IMG/VR virus record: IMGVR_UViG_3300020202_000068
Location: 13,277-77,276 of that record
Direction: 5' to 3' (one strand)
DNA length: 64,000 nucleotides
DNA from: a virus
Shown: piece by piece, positions 26,916 to 36,100 of the stretch
Numbering within the stretch: position 1 is the stretch's first letter
How the letters are laid out: every line of letters begins with the position of its first letter
Notes under the pieces: model-generated
Told to the model about the DNA's origin: nothing
Seen by the model: only the letters and a program-made list of their open reading frames with translations
The model's database searches: none
Made by a program: the position numbers and the translations under genes

Positions 26916-28628
26916 CTACTTCCGAGGACCTCGCTGCATGTCCTTGGTCTGCTTTCCCGTGATCTTTCCGGCGATATAGCGGCCAATTTTTCCAGCCCAC
27001 GCCTGGGGACTGAATGGGTTGGTCAGGTCCATCGGCGATGCCGGTCCGGGCCGCATAGGTTTCTCGGTAAGGCCCAGGCCCAGTTCCTGGTCGCCGGTCG
27101 CTTCGCGGAGGATTTTGTCCTGGTCTTCCTTGTTTGTGACGCCATTCGCGGCTAGGTCGGCCCGGGCTCCTTCGATGTCACCGCCAGTAGCTTTATCTCG
27201 CACCGAACCAGTGACCTGTTCCGGCAGGCTGGGGGCCGTTGCCAGCGGCGGGGGCTTGGGCGCGGCTGGGCCGTTCTCAGCCTCCGTGCGGGCACGCTGG
27301 GCGTCCACGATAGCCTTGTTTCGACCCTCAGCAATCTTCTCGTTGGAGGTGATCTGCCTCTCAGCTAAGCCGAGTCGCTTGTCAGCCATAAGCTGCTCAC
27401 CGTTCATCCGTGCTTCCATTCCCTTGCGGGCCTGGTAGGCACCAGGATTGGCCGCAGCGAACCGCTCTTCCACGGTCAGGTGGCCACGCTTGACGCGCAC
27501 CGCATCCCGTCGCCCCTTATCCTTTTCCTGGGCCTTGGCGGTCGCCAGCTCCCGCCGCTTACCGAGTTCCGCCTTGCGACCGGCGAGGTACTTCTGCCGG
27601 GCGGGAGCGCTGGCGGTATTGGCCTGCTTCGCAGCCTCCACCCGTTTGGCGGCACTGCTGCCCTGGTTCGGCGTCAGCGATCCACCAGGCGTCTCTGTGT
27701 ACTGACCAGCTGGAAACTGAGGCTTCTGGGCAAGGTCAAGTTCCGGTCGTGGTGTCGGTTGGTAGCCGGTTGGCCGCTTATTGATGCTGGCCAGCATAGC
27801 CTCGCGGCCATTACCCTGGATGCCGATGTTTCGGGCAATCCGCAGGTCGTCCTCGGTGATATTTGGAGTCCCCTGACCGAAGTTCCCGCCGACCGTCGTG
27901 CGCGGCATGTGGCCGTGAGCTTGATAAACCTGATTGGCTCCGTAGTTGCTTGGCAGCATTCCATTGCTGGCTGGGTTCGCCAGGGCATCTGCGTAATGCC
28001 CAGCACCGCTCACCGGCCCGCTGGGGAATCTCTGTTCGATATCCGGCATCGACCCTTGAAGGTTATGGTTGCCGCTGGAGATGGCTCTCAGGGCTTGTAG
28101 CGATGGATGATTATCGACCGGGCTCGGCGGCTGCATCGCCCGGGCTGCCGGGCTACCTGCGATACGGTCGGACTCTCCGCCAGGCGTGAAGATGCCGTAC
28201 GGGGCATTGGGCCCGAGGTTCGGATTCCGACCAGTCCTCATATACGCATCCCAGGCCTGAGCGTGGGGCAGCGGTTGTGCTGGAGCCGGAACTTGCGGAG
28301 CGACCGCCTGTGGCTGGACGGGTGTGCTTGGTTGTGGCCTGAGCGCCTCGGCGGCACCAGCTTCCATGCCTTGAAAAGGAGACGGCCCTGGCTGTGGAGG
28401 AGGCGGCGTGAGTTGGATGGGGTTCGGACGAGCCGCTACCGGGTGCTGCTGGCCCGCTACTGGCTGAGGCGTCAACCCAACGCTGGGAGGCCCAGGTTGA
28501 GCGTGGAGATACCCCTCCCGCGTCCCCGACGGGGCCATCTGCGGCCCCGGAGGCCGCCAGGGAGCCGATAATCCAGTCGGGGATTTGTATCCGGCAGTCC
28601 GCTTGTTCGCCGTGGTGGGATGGGGCAT
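26916..28628 (-). CDS. Pro/Gln-rich low-complexity internal virion protein
   Basis: 570 aa disordered plus coiled coil, at the end of the tail operon. Confidence 0.55.
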   Translation of the reverse strand: MPHPTTANKRTAGYKSPTGLSAPWRPPGPQMAPSGTREGYLHAQPGPPSVGLTPQPVAGQQHPVAARPNPIQLTPPPPQPGPSPFQGMEAGAAEALRPQPSTPVQPQAVAPQVPAPAQPLPHAQAWDAYMRTGRNPNLGPNAPYGIFTPGGESDRIAGSPAARAMQPPSPVDNHPSLQALRAISSGNHNLQGSMPDIEQRFPSGPVSGAGHYADALANPASNGMLPSNYGANQVYQAHGHMPRTTVGGNFGQGTPNITEDDLRIARNIGIQGNGREAMLASINKRPTGYQPTPRPELDLAQKPQFPAGQYTETPGGSLTPNQGSSAAKRVEAAKQANTASAPARQKYLAGRKAELGKRRELATAKAQEKDKGRRDAVRVKRGHLTVEERFAAANPGAYQARKGMEARMNGEQLMADKRLGLAERQITSNEKIAEGRNKAIVDAQRARTEAENGPAAPKPPPLATAPSLPEQVTGSVRDKATGGDIEGARADLAANGVTNKEDQDKILREATGDQELGLGLTEKPMRPGPASPMDLTNPFSPQAWAGKIGRYIAGKITGKQTKDMQRGPRK

Positions 28629-28841
28629 TGTCGTTCCTTCTATTGGCTAGTTGGCGACCATCCTGGCCGCATAACGATCAGTTATTTACCGGACAATCGT
28701 TCACTAGAAATCCTACCACAAGGCGATTCCAATGGACCTGTCGGGTGGATCGTCCGTAAAAATCCACGCCAGGACCAGGAAATGCTGGTGATCGGCCGTC
28801 AATGTGTCGTCAAAATGTCAATACGGACAGGGAGGTGTCCC

Positions 28842-29042
28842 ATCTTGGTGCTATCACGAAAAAAAGGCGAACGTCTTATTATCGGCGAGGACATCGCGAT
28901 TGAGGTCGTCGAGGTCAGGGGAGACCGCGTCAGGCTCGGCCTGGAGGCACCGGACTATGTATCCATCGTCCGGGAGGAGCTATTAGACGTGCTGCGGGAG
29001 CAGGCGCAGCGCGAGACTAGGCTGGCGAGGGCAGCCGGCTAG
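28842..29042 (+). CDS. csrA: carbon storage regulator CsrA/RsmA (RNA-binding translational regulator)
   Basis: (I)LVLSRKKGERLIIGEDIAIEVVEVRGDRVRLGLEAPDYVSIVREEL. The Met1 position is ATC; alternative TTG at 28845. GGAGG SD at 28831-28835. Confidence 0.95.
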   Translation: MLVLSRKKGERLIIGEDIAIEVVEVRGDRVRLGLEAPDYVSIVREELLDVLREQAQRETRLARAAG

Positions 29043-29380
29043 TCGGTAAGTCGGAAGAGCCTACGGAAGAATCGCGAGGCCCTGGCTCCCAGTGAGTTCA
29101 GGGTCTCTTCTCTTTGTGGGCATTTGCAGGGCTTTACCAGACCAAGCATCCGCTTGATCCGATTGATTCGTCGTGGGGTGATGCTGAATACTTCCGCGAT
29201 GATAGAGACCCAGCAGCCAATCTCATGGGCGAATGGCAGTCCATTGCAACTTGCCAAGATTTTTTCGTTTCCGTGAGGCGTCGATAGCGGCCTCGTGTGG
29301 CGCGTGCATGTTGGCCGGCGGCATCGCACGCGGCGAATTCCGTTTACCGTGTCGCAGATGTCCTCCCAGTCACATCGCAT
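29039..29380 (-). CDS. Cys-rich hypothetical protein
   Basis: PCKCPQREETLN motif typical of the last tail gene in this phage type. Confidence 0.6.
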   Translation of the reverse strand: MRCDWEDICDTVNGIRRVRCRRPTCTRHTRPLSTPHGNEKILASCNGLPFAHEIGCWVSIIAEVFSITPRRINRIKRMLGLVKPCKCPQREETLNSLGARASRFFRRLFRLTD

Positions 29381-29381
29381 A

Positions 29382-29954
29382 TTATGGCACGAATGTTACG
29401 GATGCTGTTGAGCCGGCCCCCGCACAGTATCGCGTTGGCGTGGCAAACGGGGCGCAGTTAACCGCAGCATCGCTGAATAAGGTGAACACCTCGCCCGACC
29501 ATGATGCGCACGGGGTTGTCGAGGTTCTCCATTCATAAAAGCACGTTCCCCCACCTGCGATCGAGAGCAATGCCGCTCCGCCGCTTCCGTTGCCGAGAAC
29601 GCTCATTCCCGACCCCGAAAAGACAGTTCCAGGGCAAGGAGTCGGGTCAGGTCCGCTGTCGGCCGGCGTCATGCGGTAGTTGCAGTTTGGAACGTCAAAT
29701 AAATCGTCGCAGACATAAGTGGCATTCATATTTTCGCATGCTGTGCATCCGGCGTCTGCCATTCCCGCGATCACTACTGAGTAGTAGCTCGGGAAGCAAT
29801 CACAGGCTGCTACGCAGCAACCACACCCCGGCCACCAGCCGAATCCCGCAGCGAACACAACAAAGGAAGCCTCCAGTGACCATGTCGACAGAGCGATAGC
29901 GGTCAGGCACACGAGCCCCTTGCGGATGGTCGGTACTAGAGGGTGTTCGCGCAT
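29382..29954 (-). CDS. Cys-rich tail-tip associated protein
   Basis: TM then PGCGCC; TGATG-coupled. Confidence 0.55.
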   Translation of the reverse strand: MREHPLVPTIRKGLVCLTAIALSTWSLEASFVVFAAGFGWWPGCGCCVAACDCFPSYYSVVIAGMADAGCTACENMNATYVCDDLFDVPNCNYRMTPADSGPDPTPCPGTVFSGSGMSVLGNGSGGAALLSIAGGGTCFYEWRTSTTPCASWSGEVFTLFSDAAVNCAPFATPTRYCAGAGSTASVTFVP

Positions 29955-30589
29955 CAACATTGAACCCACATAAGCGCCGGGATACCATTGCCGATCGTCA
30001 CTCCGCAATACTTTCCGTTGACGCTCGTAAGCGCTGTGCCACGGTTAACGACGCCCGTAATGTTCATCGAGGAGTCTGTTTGGTAGGTCGTGCCGACGTG
30101 CACACTGACAGTGCAGGTATTGCCCAAACTGACGTTTGTATCGTCAATCTTCCCAATGACCGTGTGAATTCCTAACCACTGAGCAACGACGACGTTTTGC
30201 CCGGCAGAGGTTGTAGCGCCGCCGATAATTCCATAGCCGTAGTAATTTAGTTCCAGGGTGTGCTGCCCGTGCTTGGGACCATAGACCGCGCCGGCGGATG
30301 GGGCGCTGCCGTTGTAGCGCACAAAGCCTGGCTTCAGGAGATCGGCAGCCCAACCTTCACTGGAACTGCTGGCTCCGATCGCCCAGGGGCCAGTGACGTA
30401 ATAGGCCCCAAAGTTGAACTGAGTGCTGGTGGAGTTGGGCTTGATGACAGACAACACGGGCTCGCCGTCTGAGGTCGTGACAGTGCCGTTCGCCAGGACC
30501 ACGGAATGCGGCGGAATCACTGCTCCGGTCGCGTTCTTGACTCGGAACCAGTTGCGACGAAAGGATGGGGCGATTTCGTTGGAGATCAC
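29954..30589 (-). CDS. tail/baseplate spike-like protein
   Basis: VKNATGAVIPPHSVV beta-rich; coupled. Confidence 0.55.
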   Translation of the reverse strand: MISNEIAPSFRRNWFRVKNATGAVIPPHSVVLANGTVTTSDGEPVLSVIKPNSTSTQFNFGAYYVTGPWAIGASSSSEGWAADLLKPGFVRYNGSAPSAGAVYGPKHGQHTLELNYYGYGIIGGATTSAGQNVVVAQWLGIHTVIGKIDDTNVSLGNTCTVSVHVGTTYQTDSSMNITGVVNRGTALTSVNGKYCGVTIGNGIPALMWVQC

Positions 30590-32133
30590 GGCAGCTCCTC
30601 CAGCTTAAGGGCGAACCGCTTCTCCTGGGCGGAGCGATCGAGCACGTCGTACTCACCACCTTCATAGACCCTGGTCCGGGGAGGCTTATTGATCACCCAC
30701 TCCCAGGTCACTTGGGCGATATTGCCGTTCAGTGTCCCGAATACCAGGCCTGGATAAGTGATCTCGCTGGAGTACGGACTTTGGTACTTGTCGATGAAGA
30801 TTTGGACGTAGGCGTCGGCTTCAGCGATGGTCTGCTCCTCTGTGCTTAGCCCGCTCTGGAGGTCATAGACCGAGAACAGCTCGGGACGCCGGAGGAGCAG
30901 GTCACCGCCATCCCCGCCAACTGTCCCGAAGCGGTAGATACCGCCCACAAACCCCTCGACGGTCTTGAGCTTATAAGCCGTAATCAGATAGAGCGTTGGC
31001 TCGGCAAAGGTCCCCGTGCTGGAGAGCTTGAAGAGTGGCGTATTAAACTCCACGATCTGCCGTTCCCTATGGAGGACGAACGGCACGAAAGATCGCGAGT
31101 TGGTGTGATTAGTGGCGATTTCCAGATAGCCCCAGCACTCCCCGACCTCGACGTAGGGCTGGAGGCTGTGCTGGACGTTGTGATAGTCGGTCTCGGAATA
31201 GAGGATGTAGTCCTGGAGAATGTATTGGTTGATGTTCGTGATCGGGAAGGGGAAGTTCCCGACCGGCAAAGTGCCGTTCTCCTGGCCGATAATCTTGTAC
31301 ATCCGGTACACATCCTCGAAGGCCCGAATGCGATGCTGGGCATTGCCCGACAGGCCAGCGAATATCCAGGGGTGCTCGTAATCCCAACCACCAGCGGGTT
31401 TGATGTTGGTTTGGGAGAGCGACTTCTGCTGGTTGCTGGGATAGTCCCGACAAGCAGCCTGAAGCCTTAGCCGGCTCTGCCAGAGGCTGTCTCCGCAGAT
31501 CACCACCACGCGGTTGGGGACGTTGGCCCGAGGAGCGAACTGCACCTTCGGCAGGACCTCGCCGACATCCGTGGGCGTCCCATTGCCCTGCCCCAGCCGC
31601 CAGATTTCCACCTGATTCGTGAGTGGGTTCAGCACGACCTCGCAGGCTACATAGTCACAGAGCCGCTGAAGGGCGATGTCCGCTCGCTCGTTCTGCCAAT
31701 TGCAGCGGGGAAAGACCCCGCCCGGCATTTGACTCACGTCGTAGCCTGACTCGCCGATGGCATCTAAGAGCAGGGTCGCTAATTCAGCTGGTGACTTCCT
31801 GGTGATCTCGTCGATCTCGCCCGCCGCTGTCCGTCGGTTCCAGTCGCCCCCGATCGTCTTCCCCGCCCACCGCCACCGCCGGTCTAAGAGATGCACGGCC
31901 AGGATCGGGTGGCCATTATGACGCTGCCGGAGATGGGCCGATTTGATGGCCATATCCGGGAATTGCAGGGAGATTTCGTTGTAGGTCAGGGTGAGCGTAC
32001 CGACTGAATCCACGACCTCTTGCGGGGTTAGGTAAAGACAGGCGACCGAGGGGGTCACGCCCCGCGCAAACGGGAAGCGGACGGCCCGGATACCGCTGAG
32101 TCCGCTATGCGTAATCCCTGATTGAATCGGCAT
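30586..32133 (-). CDS. baseplate hub/tail tip protein
   Basis: DRRWRW, LQRLCD motifs; position after tail genes. Confidence 0.55.
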   Translation of the reverse strand: MPIQSGITHSGLSGIRAVRFPFARGVTPSVACLYLTPQEVVDSVGTLTLTYNEISLQFPDMAIKSAHLRQRHNGHPILAVHLLDRRWRWAGKTIGGDWNRRTAAGEIDEITRKSPAELATLLLDAIGESGYDVSQMPGGVFPRCNWQNERADIALQRLCDYVACEVVLNPLTNQVEIWRLGQGNGTPTDVGEVLPKVQFAPRANVPNRVVVICGDSLWQSRLRLQAACRDYPSNQQKSLSQTNIKPAGGWDYEHPWIFAGLSGNAQHRIRAFEDVYRMYKIIGQENGTLPVGNFPFPITNINQYILQDYILYSETDYHNVQHSLQPYVEVGECWGYLEIATNHTNSRSFVPFVLHRERQIVEFNTPLFKLSSTGTFAEPTLYLITAYKLKTVEGFVGGIYRFGTVGGDGGDLLLRRPELFSVYDLQSGLSTEEQTIAEADAYVQIFIDKYQSPYSSEITYPGLVFGTLNGNIAQVTWEWVINKPPRTRVYEGGEYDVLDRSAQEKRFALKLEELP

Positions 32134-32148
32134 TTAGGAGAACTTGCG

Positions 32149-32346
32149 ATGGATGAGATGCGAATGACTTCTGAGGCTCTGGATTACGTGGATAAGCTGC
32201 ACTGGAGGTTTAATAAGCTGCTGTGTGATGCCGCCTTCTCAGAGGCTCATGAACGTGGCCGGGAGGTTGTGCAGGTAATTGATGTCCAGCATGTGCTCTC
32301 CAGGGTCTGTGAGCGGATATTCGATGAGGAGATCGCCAAGCACTAG
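32149..32346 (+). CDS. histone-fold protein (alpha2-L2-alpha3)
   Basis: RMTSEA-26aa-GREVVQVID aligns without gaps to archaeal HMf RVSDDA-26aa-GRKTIKAED, including the R-D clamp; AGGAG SD. Confidence 0.65.
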   Translation: MDEMRMTSEALDYVDKLHWRFNKLLCDAAFSEAHERGREVVQVIDVQHVLSRVCERIFDEEIAKH

Positions 32347-33671
32347 CTGAAGGTGATGGTCTTGTTCGTCCGTGGATGAATGATGGTGACTTCATCAAGA
32401 GTGCAATCAATCAGCTGGATTACTACGTTCCCGGTCCTTCCCTGGGGGTCCCTGAAGGTTGATCCGGCAGACATGGTGATCGTGTTGGTGATCGCGAAGC
32501 TGGCCACGCCCTTGGTGCAGTCGATCTCGCCACCGTTGAGGTCGAGAGTGGTGATCGTCGCCGCCCCAGTGGGCCAGAACTTCGCTCCCTTGTTCACGGT
32601 CAGGCTGGTAATGGTCCCGGCCCCATGCTTCCAGATGCCACCGTTCGCCACCCCAGTCGCTAAAGCGGAATTGGTAGTCAGGCTCCCGCCGTTGATCGTG
32701 ACCGTGGCGGAATTGAACGTGACTCCTGAGCTACAATAAGTCTCGGCCTGGGAGGTGGGGCCGCTACCGTTGATCAGCGTCGTGCAGGTAAAGGTCTCAC
32801 CGCCATAAAAAGCCAGCCCCACATCCCCGTCGAGGTTCCGCACGACGTTGGAGTTGTTGTTGCCGATCAGGAGGATGCAGGGGACACCGTTTGTTTCCCG
32901 CGTACCCTTACCGAAGACGTTATAGACCGAGGCGACTGTGCCGCCGTCGAGCTTGATCCGCCCGCTGCCAGGTCCCGCCCCGACTTCCAGGTCGGCATTC
33001 GTGAAGCCGTCAGCCGTGAGGTATTGAGGGGTGCGGTATTCCGGGTAGGGGTTCGCCGAGTCATCGACGTTCGTCCGGGCCAATCCGATCTTGCCGTTGT
33101 AGCTCTTGTACTTCGTGAATTGGGTGACCGCGATCGCTCCCAGGTCCAGCTCCCACAGGCAGTCCACGCTGCCGGTGTCGAAGATGACCGTGTCGCCATT
33201 ACCAGGAACCGCGTTACCATCCCAGTTATCGGCCTGATTGGCGTGATTGCGGCTCGTGGCGGCTGTAGCGGCGTTGGTGTAGTTCACTGCACCGTCGCCA
33301 GCCGTCGTCTCCGCTTCCGTCATCGTGAACGGCGTGCCAGCTAGAACCCCTGTGCCGGCCGTCGTAATCGTGACCGTGCTGGAGCTGACCGTAGCTGAGA
33401 GGTTGCCGAACTGCGGAATGCCCTGTGCCCCAAGGTCAGCGATCGAGGGCACGCAGCTGGCGGTCGTGTCGGCAAGAGTGTCGCCGTTTAGGGCCTCTTT
33501 GATCGTGGTGGCAACGCCGGCTGTGGTAGTGTTGGCACCAATCGTGATCACGAAATCGACATTCGCGATCGTGTACGTTTCAGTGTCTCCGGCCCCCCAC
33601 GTACCAGACACGATCGCTGTCGCGACTTGCCGCACCGCCTTCGAGGCACCAATCCATTTTGCAGTGGCCGT
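32343..33671 (-). CDS. tail protein with beta-helix-like repeats
   Basis: Thr/Gly/Asn-rich. The frame continues upstream of GTG 33635 to ACG-GCC-ACT-GCA-AAA-TGG (ATAKWIGA..AVRQV); probable ACG start. Confidence 0.65.
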   Translation of the reverse strand, partial: TATAKWIGASKAVRQVATAIVSGTWGAGDTETYTIANVDFVITIGANTTTAGVATTIKEALNGDTLADTTASCVPSIADLGAQGIPQFGNLSATVSSSTVTITTAGTGVLAGTPFTMTEAETTAGDGAVNYTNAATAATSRNHANQADNWDGNAVPGNGDTVIFDTGSVDCLWELDLGAIAVTQFTKYKSYNGKIGLARTNVDDSANPYPEYRTPQYLTADGFTNADLEVGAGPGSGRIKLDGGTVASVYNVFGKGTRETNGVPCILLIGNNNSNVVRNLDGDVGLAFYGGETFTCTTLINGSGPTSQAETYCSSGVTFNSATVTINGGSLTTNSALATGVANGGIWKHGAGTITSLTVNKGAKFWPTGAATITTLDLNGGEIDCTKGVASFAITNTITMSAGSTFRDPQGRTGNVVIQLIDCTLDEVTIIHPRTNKTITFS

Positions 33672-33701
33672 ATAAGTACCCTGCCTTCCTTGGCTTGGGG
33701 G

Positions 33702-34433
33702 TTATTCCTTCGATGTCGGGAAGATGTCCAATTGCCCGAATGTGCTCGGGTCCCGGTACATCGTGTACGACCATCTTATCGGATAGAACCGCAGGCCATT
33801 CCCCAGCTGCTGAGCATTCGAGCGGATGATGCTCCGGGCAGCTTCCATCTCGCCAGCGGGGTTAAGTGGGCCAGGCTCGTCCGGGTAGGCCGTATAGCCG
33901 ATCGCCATCCCGGTTTGCTTGTAGGTAACGGCTGTCTTTTGGGCGGTGAAGATGGCCCGAGGGATGTCATCGATCGTCTCCAGGACGTACCAGCGGGGTC
34001 CGCCTGTACCGATCGTCTGGACGGTCTCCTGCCAGTAAATAAGGTCCTCATCGCAGGCATCATAGACGGCCTGAACCGTGAAGGAGAATGACCGCCGAGT
34101 CACCAGCTCCGCCCCGTCCCCTTTGGGGAACGAGTAGTTCACGCAGCGAACCGCCGAGACGCAGTCCCCGCTGTGACGGATGACATGCGGCGTCCCGCCA
34201 CTGACTCCGTATGTGAAGTCCACGCCCACGTTCCTGAGGGCCTGCTCAATAACCGGGATGCGGCCAATGATCTCCCCAGCCGAATCGCCCTGGATTTCTC
34301 CGAAGCACTGAGCCGTCTCGGTCCGCTGGAGCCGTCGCCCTCGCTGGGAGAATGTAGTCTGCTTGTTGACATTGACGAGGTTGACCTCGTTCTCCTCGAA
34401 GGAGAATCCTCCGAAGCGGCAGAAGCTGGCCAT
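33702..34433 (-). CDS. distal tail/hub protein
   Basis: Beta-rich; TAATG-coupled. Confidence 0.5.
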   Translation of the reverse strand: MASFCRFGGFSFEENEVNLVNVNKQTTFSQRGRRLQRTETAQCFGEIQGDSAGEIIGRIPVIEQALRNVGVDFTYGVSGGTPHVIRHSGDCVSAVRCVNYSFPKGDGAELVTRRSFSFTVQAVYDACDEDLIYWQETVQTIGTGGPRWYVLETIDDIPRAIFTAQKTAVTYKQTGMAIGYTAYPDEPGPLNPAGEMEAARSIIRSNAQQLGNGLRFYPIRWSYTMYRDPSTFGQLDIFPTSKE

Positions 34434-35017
34434 TACAACCTCCCACGCTCAAGGCGTTCGAGGATGCCGTCTAGCTGCTGGGTGTGATCCAGGAGGAAGT
34501 CGGCGGTGGCCTGACTGAAGTTACCGGCTGACTGGATGTATTGCTTGAGGGGCTCGCCCGCCTCTTCGGGGCGTGGACCAGGAATTCCCGGTAGGGCACC
34601 TAGCCCGCCCTGGATCGTGCCACCAGCCTCGTAGAAGTCTTTTAGGGTTGCTGGTGGTGCCTGAGGATCGTCCTCTGGCATGTCGCTTATGTCTGGCGAT
34701 GCTGGCTGACTAATGGGCTCGACGGCAGCAGAGGCCTGGTGGGCCTGGGGCTGAAAAGGTTCGTTGGTCTCCAGGGTTTGGAGCTGATCCTTAAGGGCTT
34801 CGTCTGGGTGGATTGGGGAAACGCCTTCGTCGGCGATCTCCGGCTCCTGAGCCATCTCTGGCTCATTGGCTTCCAAGTGTTTAAGTTGGGCGTCCAATTC
34901 CTCGGAGCTAGGCAATTCAGGCGCAGGCTCATCCCGAGAGACTTCCTCATTGGTGATGGGTCCCTCCTCCCAGTCGTCATCTTCGCCGCCGTTATCGACG
35001 ATTGTGTTAATAGCCAT
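34433..35017 (-). CDS. acidic low-complexity protein at the tape-measure position
   Basis: 194 aa, E/D/P-rich; directly after the tube gene. Confidence 0.55.
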   Translation of the reverse strand: MAINTIVDNGGEDDDWEEGPITNEEVSRDEPAPELPSSEELDAQLKHLEANEPEMAQEPEIADEGVSPIHPDEALKDQLQTLETNEPFQPQAHQASAAVEPISQPASPDISDMPEDDPQAPPATLKDFYEAGGTIQGGLGALPGIPGPRPEEAGEPLKQYIQSAGNFSQATADFLLDHTQQLDGILERLERGRL

Positions 35018-35958
35018 TACGTGGTCTCGTCAATCGTGACTTCCAAGCTGGCCGTACTACTGACTCTGCGGGCCGAGAACTGCAACTGGAGATCGATTTC
35101 GCTCTTCCCGGCTACGACCGGCGTCACCACATCGGCCTGAAGCATTCCGAACGTGAACAGGATGCTGGTGTTTCCATTAACGAACGTCAGCGTGCCGGCG
35201 GCTGAGCTGCCCAGGGCGACGTTGTAGAGGTTGGAGGTCCCAGAGTCGTAGGGGTGCGTCGTCTGGAGCGTGATCGTCCGCCGTGTCGGGCAGAGTGAAG
35301 TCGGCTCTAAGGCGTTCACATACCGAGGCTGGACATGGTTGTTGATGTCCAGGCGGAAGGATTTGTATTCACGGGCCGACCCGCCGAGCACTAAGCGGCT
35401 AGTGCCGGAGTTATCGCTGTCTTCCAGGACGAGCGGCGTGTACTCTCCGGTAACGCCCAGGGTGACGCTGGGATAGCTCTCGGCGGAGGAGGGGTCCTTG
35501 TAGCTGCGGAACATGCACTGCACGGCACAGCGGAGGAAGTTCGGACCATTCCCAGGACCCTTCTGCTCGCCTTCGATGATGCAGCGATTGACGACGCCGT
35601 TGTAAAACTCATGGACGCCCGTGACTTTATCGACCAGCATCCCGAAGGTCTGGAGGGTCTCGGCCAAGGCGAAGGTGTTCGTGCTCTCGTCGCTCCCGAG
35701 AACCCACGGGAAGAAGAAGTCGGCAAATCCCGGCGAGAGCCCAAAGACTACCCACCCGCCGTAGAAGTACGGCTCCATCCGTGCCCGTTCGGAGATTTCC
35801 TCGCGGGTCCCATGGATGAAGTCTGGGACGCCATTGCGAGCCCGTTTTTGCAGGGACTCACGCGCAAACGGGAAGCCAGTGGCTCCCGAGCTGAAATCAA
35901 TCTCACCCGACCCCTCCTTCATGCAGAGGCGGGCGAGGGCTCCTTGTGCGCACGGCAT
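35017..35958 (-). CDS. major tail tube protein
   Basis: F..ESL, GG.V.F, SFRLDINNH, RRTITL, TP.V.G..I...L.F.A tube motifs. Confidence 0.75.
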   Translation of the reverse strand: MPCAQGALARLCMKEGSGEIDFSSGATGFPFARESLQKRARNGVPDFIHGTREEISERARMEPYFYGGWVVFGLSPGFADFFFPWVLGSDESTNTFALAETLQTFGMLVDKVTGVHEFYNGVVNRCIIEGEQKGPGNGPNFLRCAVQCMFRSYKDPSSAESYPSVTLGVTGEYTPLVLEDSDNSGTSRLVLGGSAREYKSFRLDINNHVQPRYVNALEPTSLCPTRRTITLQTTHPYDSGTSNLYNVALGSSAAGTLTFVNGNTSILFTFGMLQADVVTPVVAGKSEIDLQLQFSARRVSSTASLEVTIDETT

Positions 35959-36100
35959 TGGCGAGCATCCTTGCTCTGGTTATTTGATCCGTATAAACGC
36001 TCCTGGAATTCATTTCGGAGCGTCTCCAAGTCCCAGCTGCCACGGTCTTCATCCTCCCACTGCGGCTTTCTTGCTAGATGCGACAGAAGGAGTAGCTCGA

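Noticed and set aside
28620-28841. N-terminal extension of csrA in the ORF track (140 aa)
   Set aside because: CsrA homology starts at 28842. The SD hairpin sits at 28825-40, and the extension overlaps the divergent gene start and promoter space.
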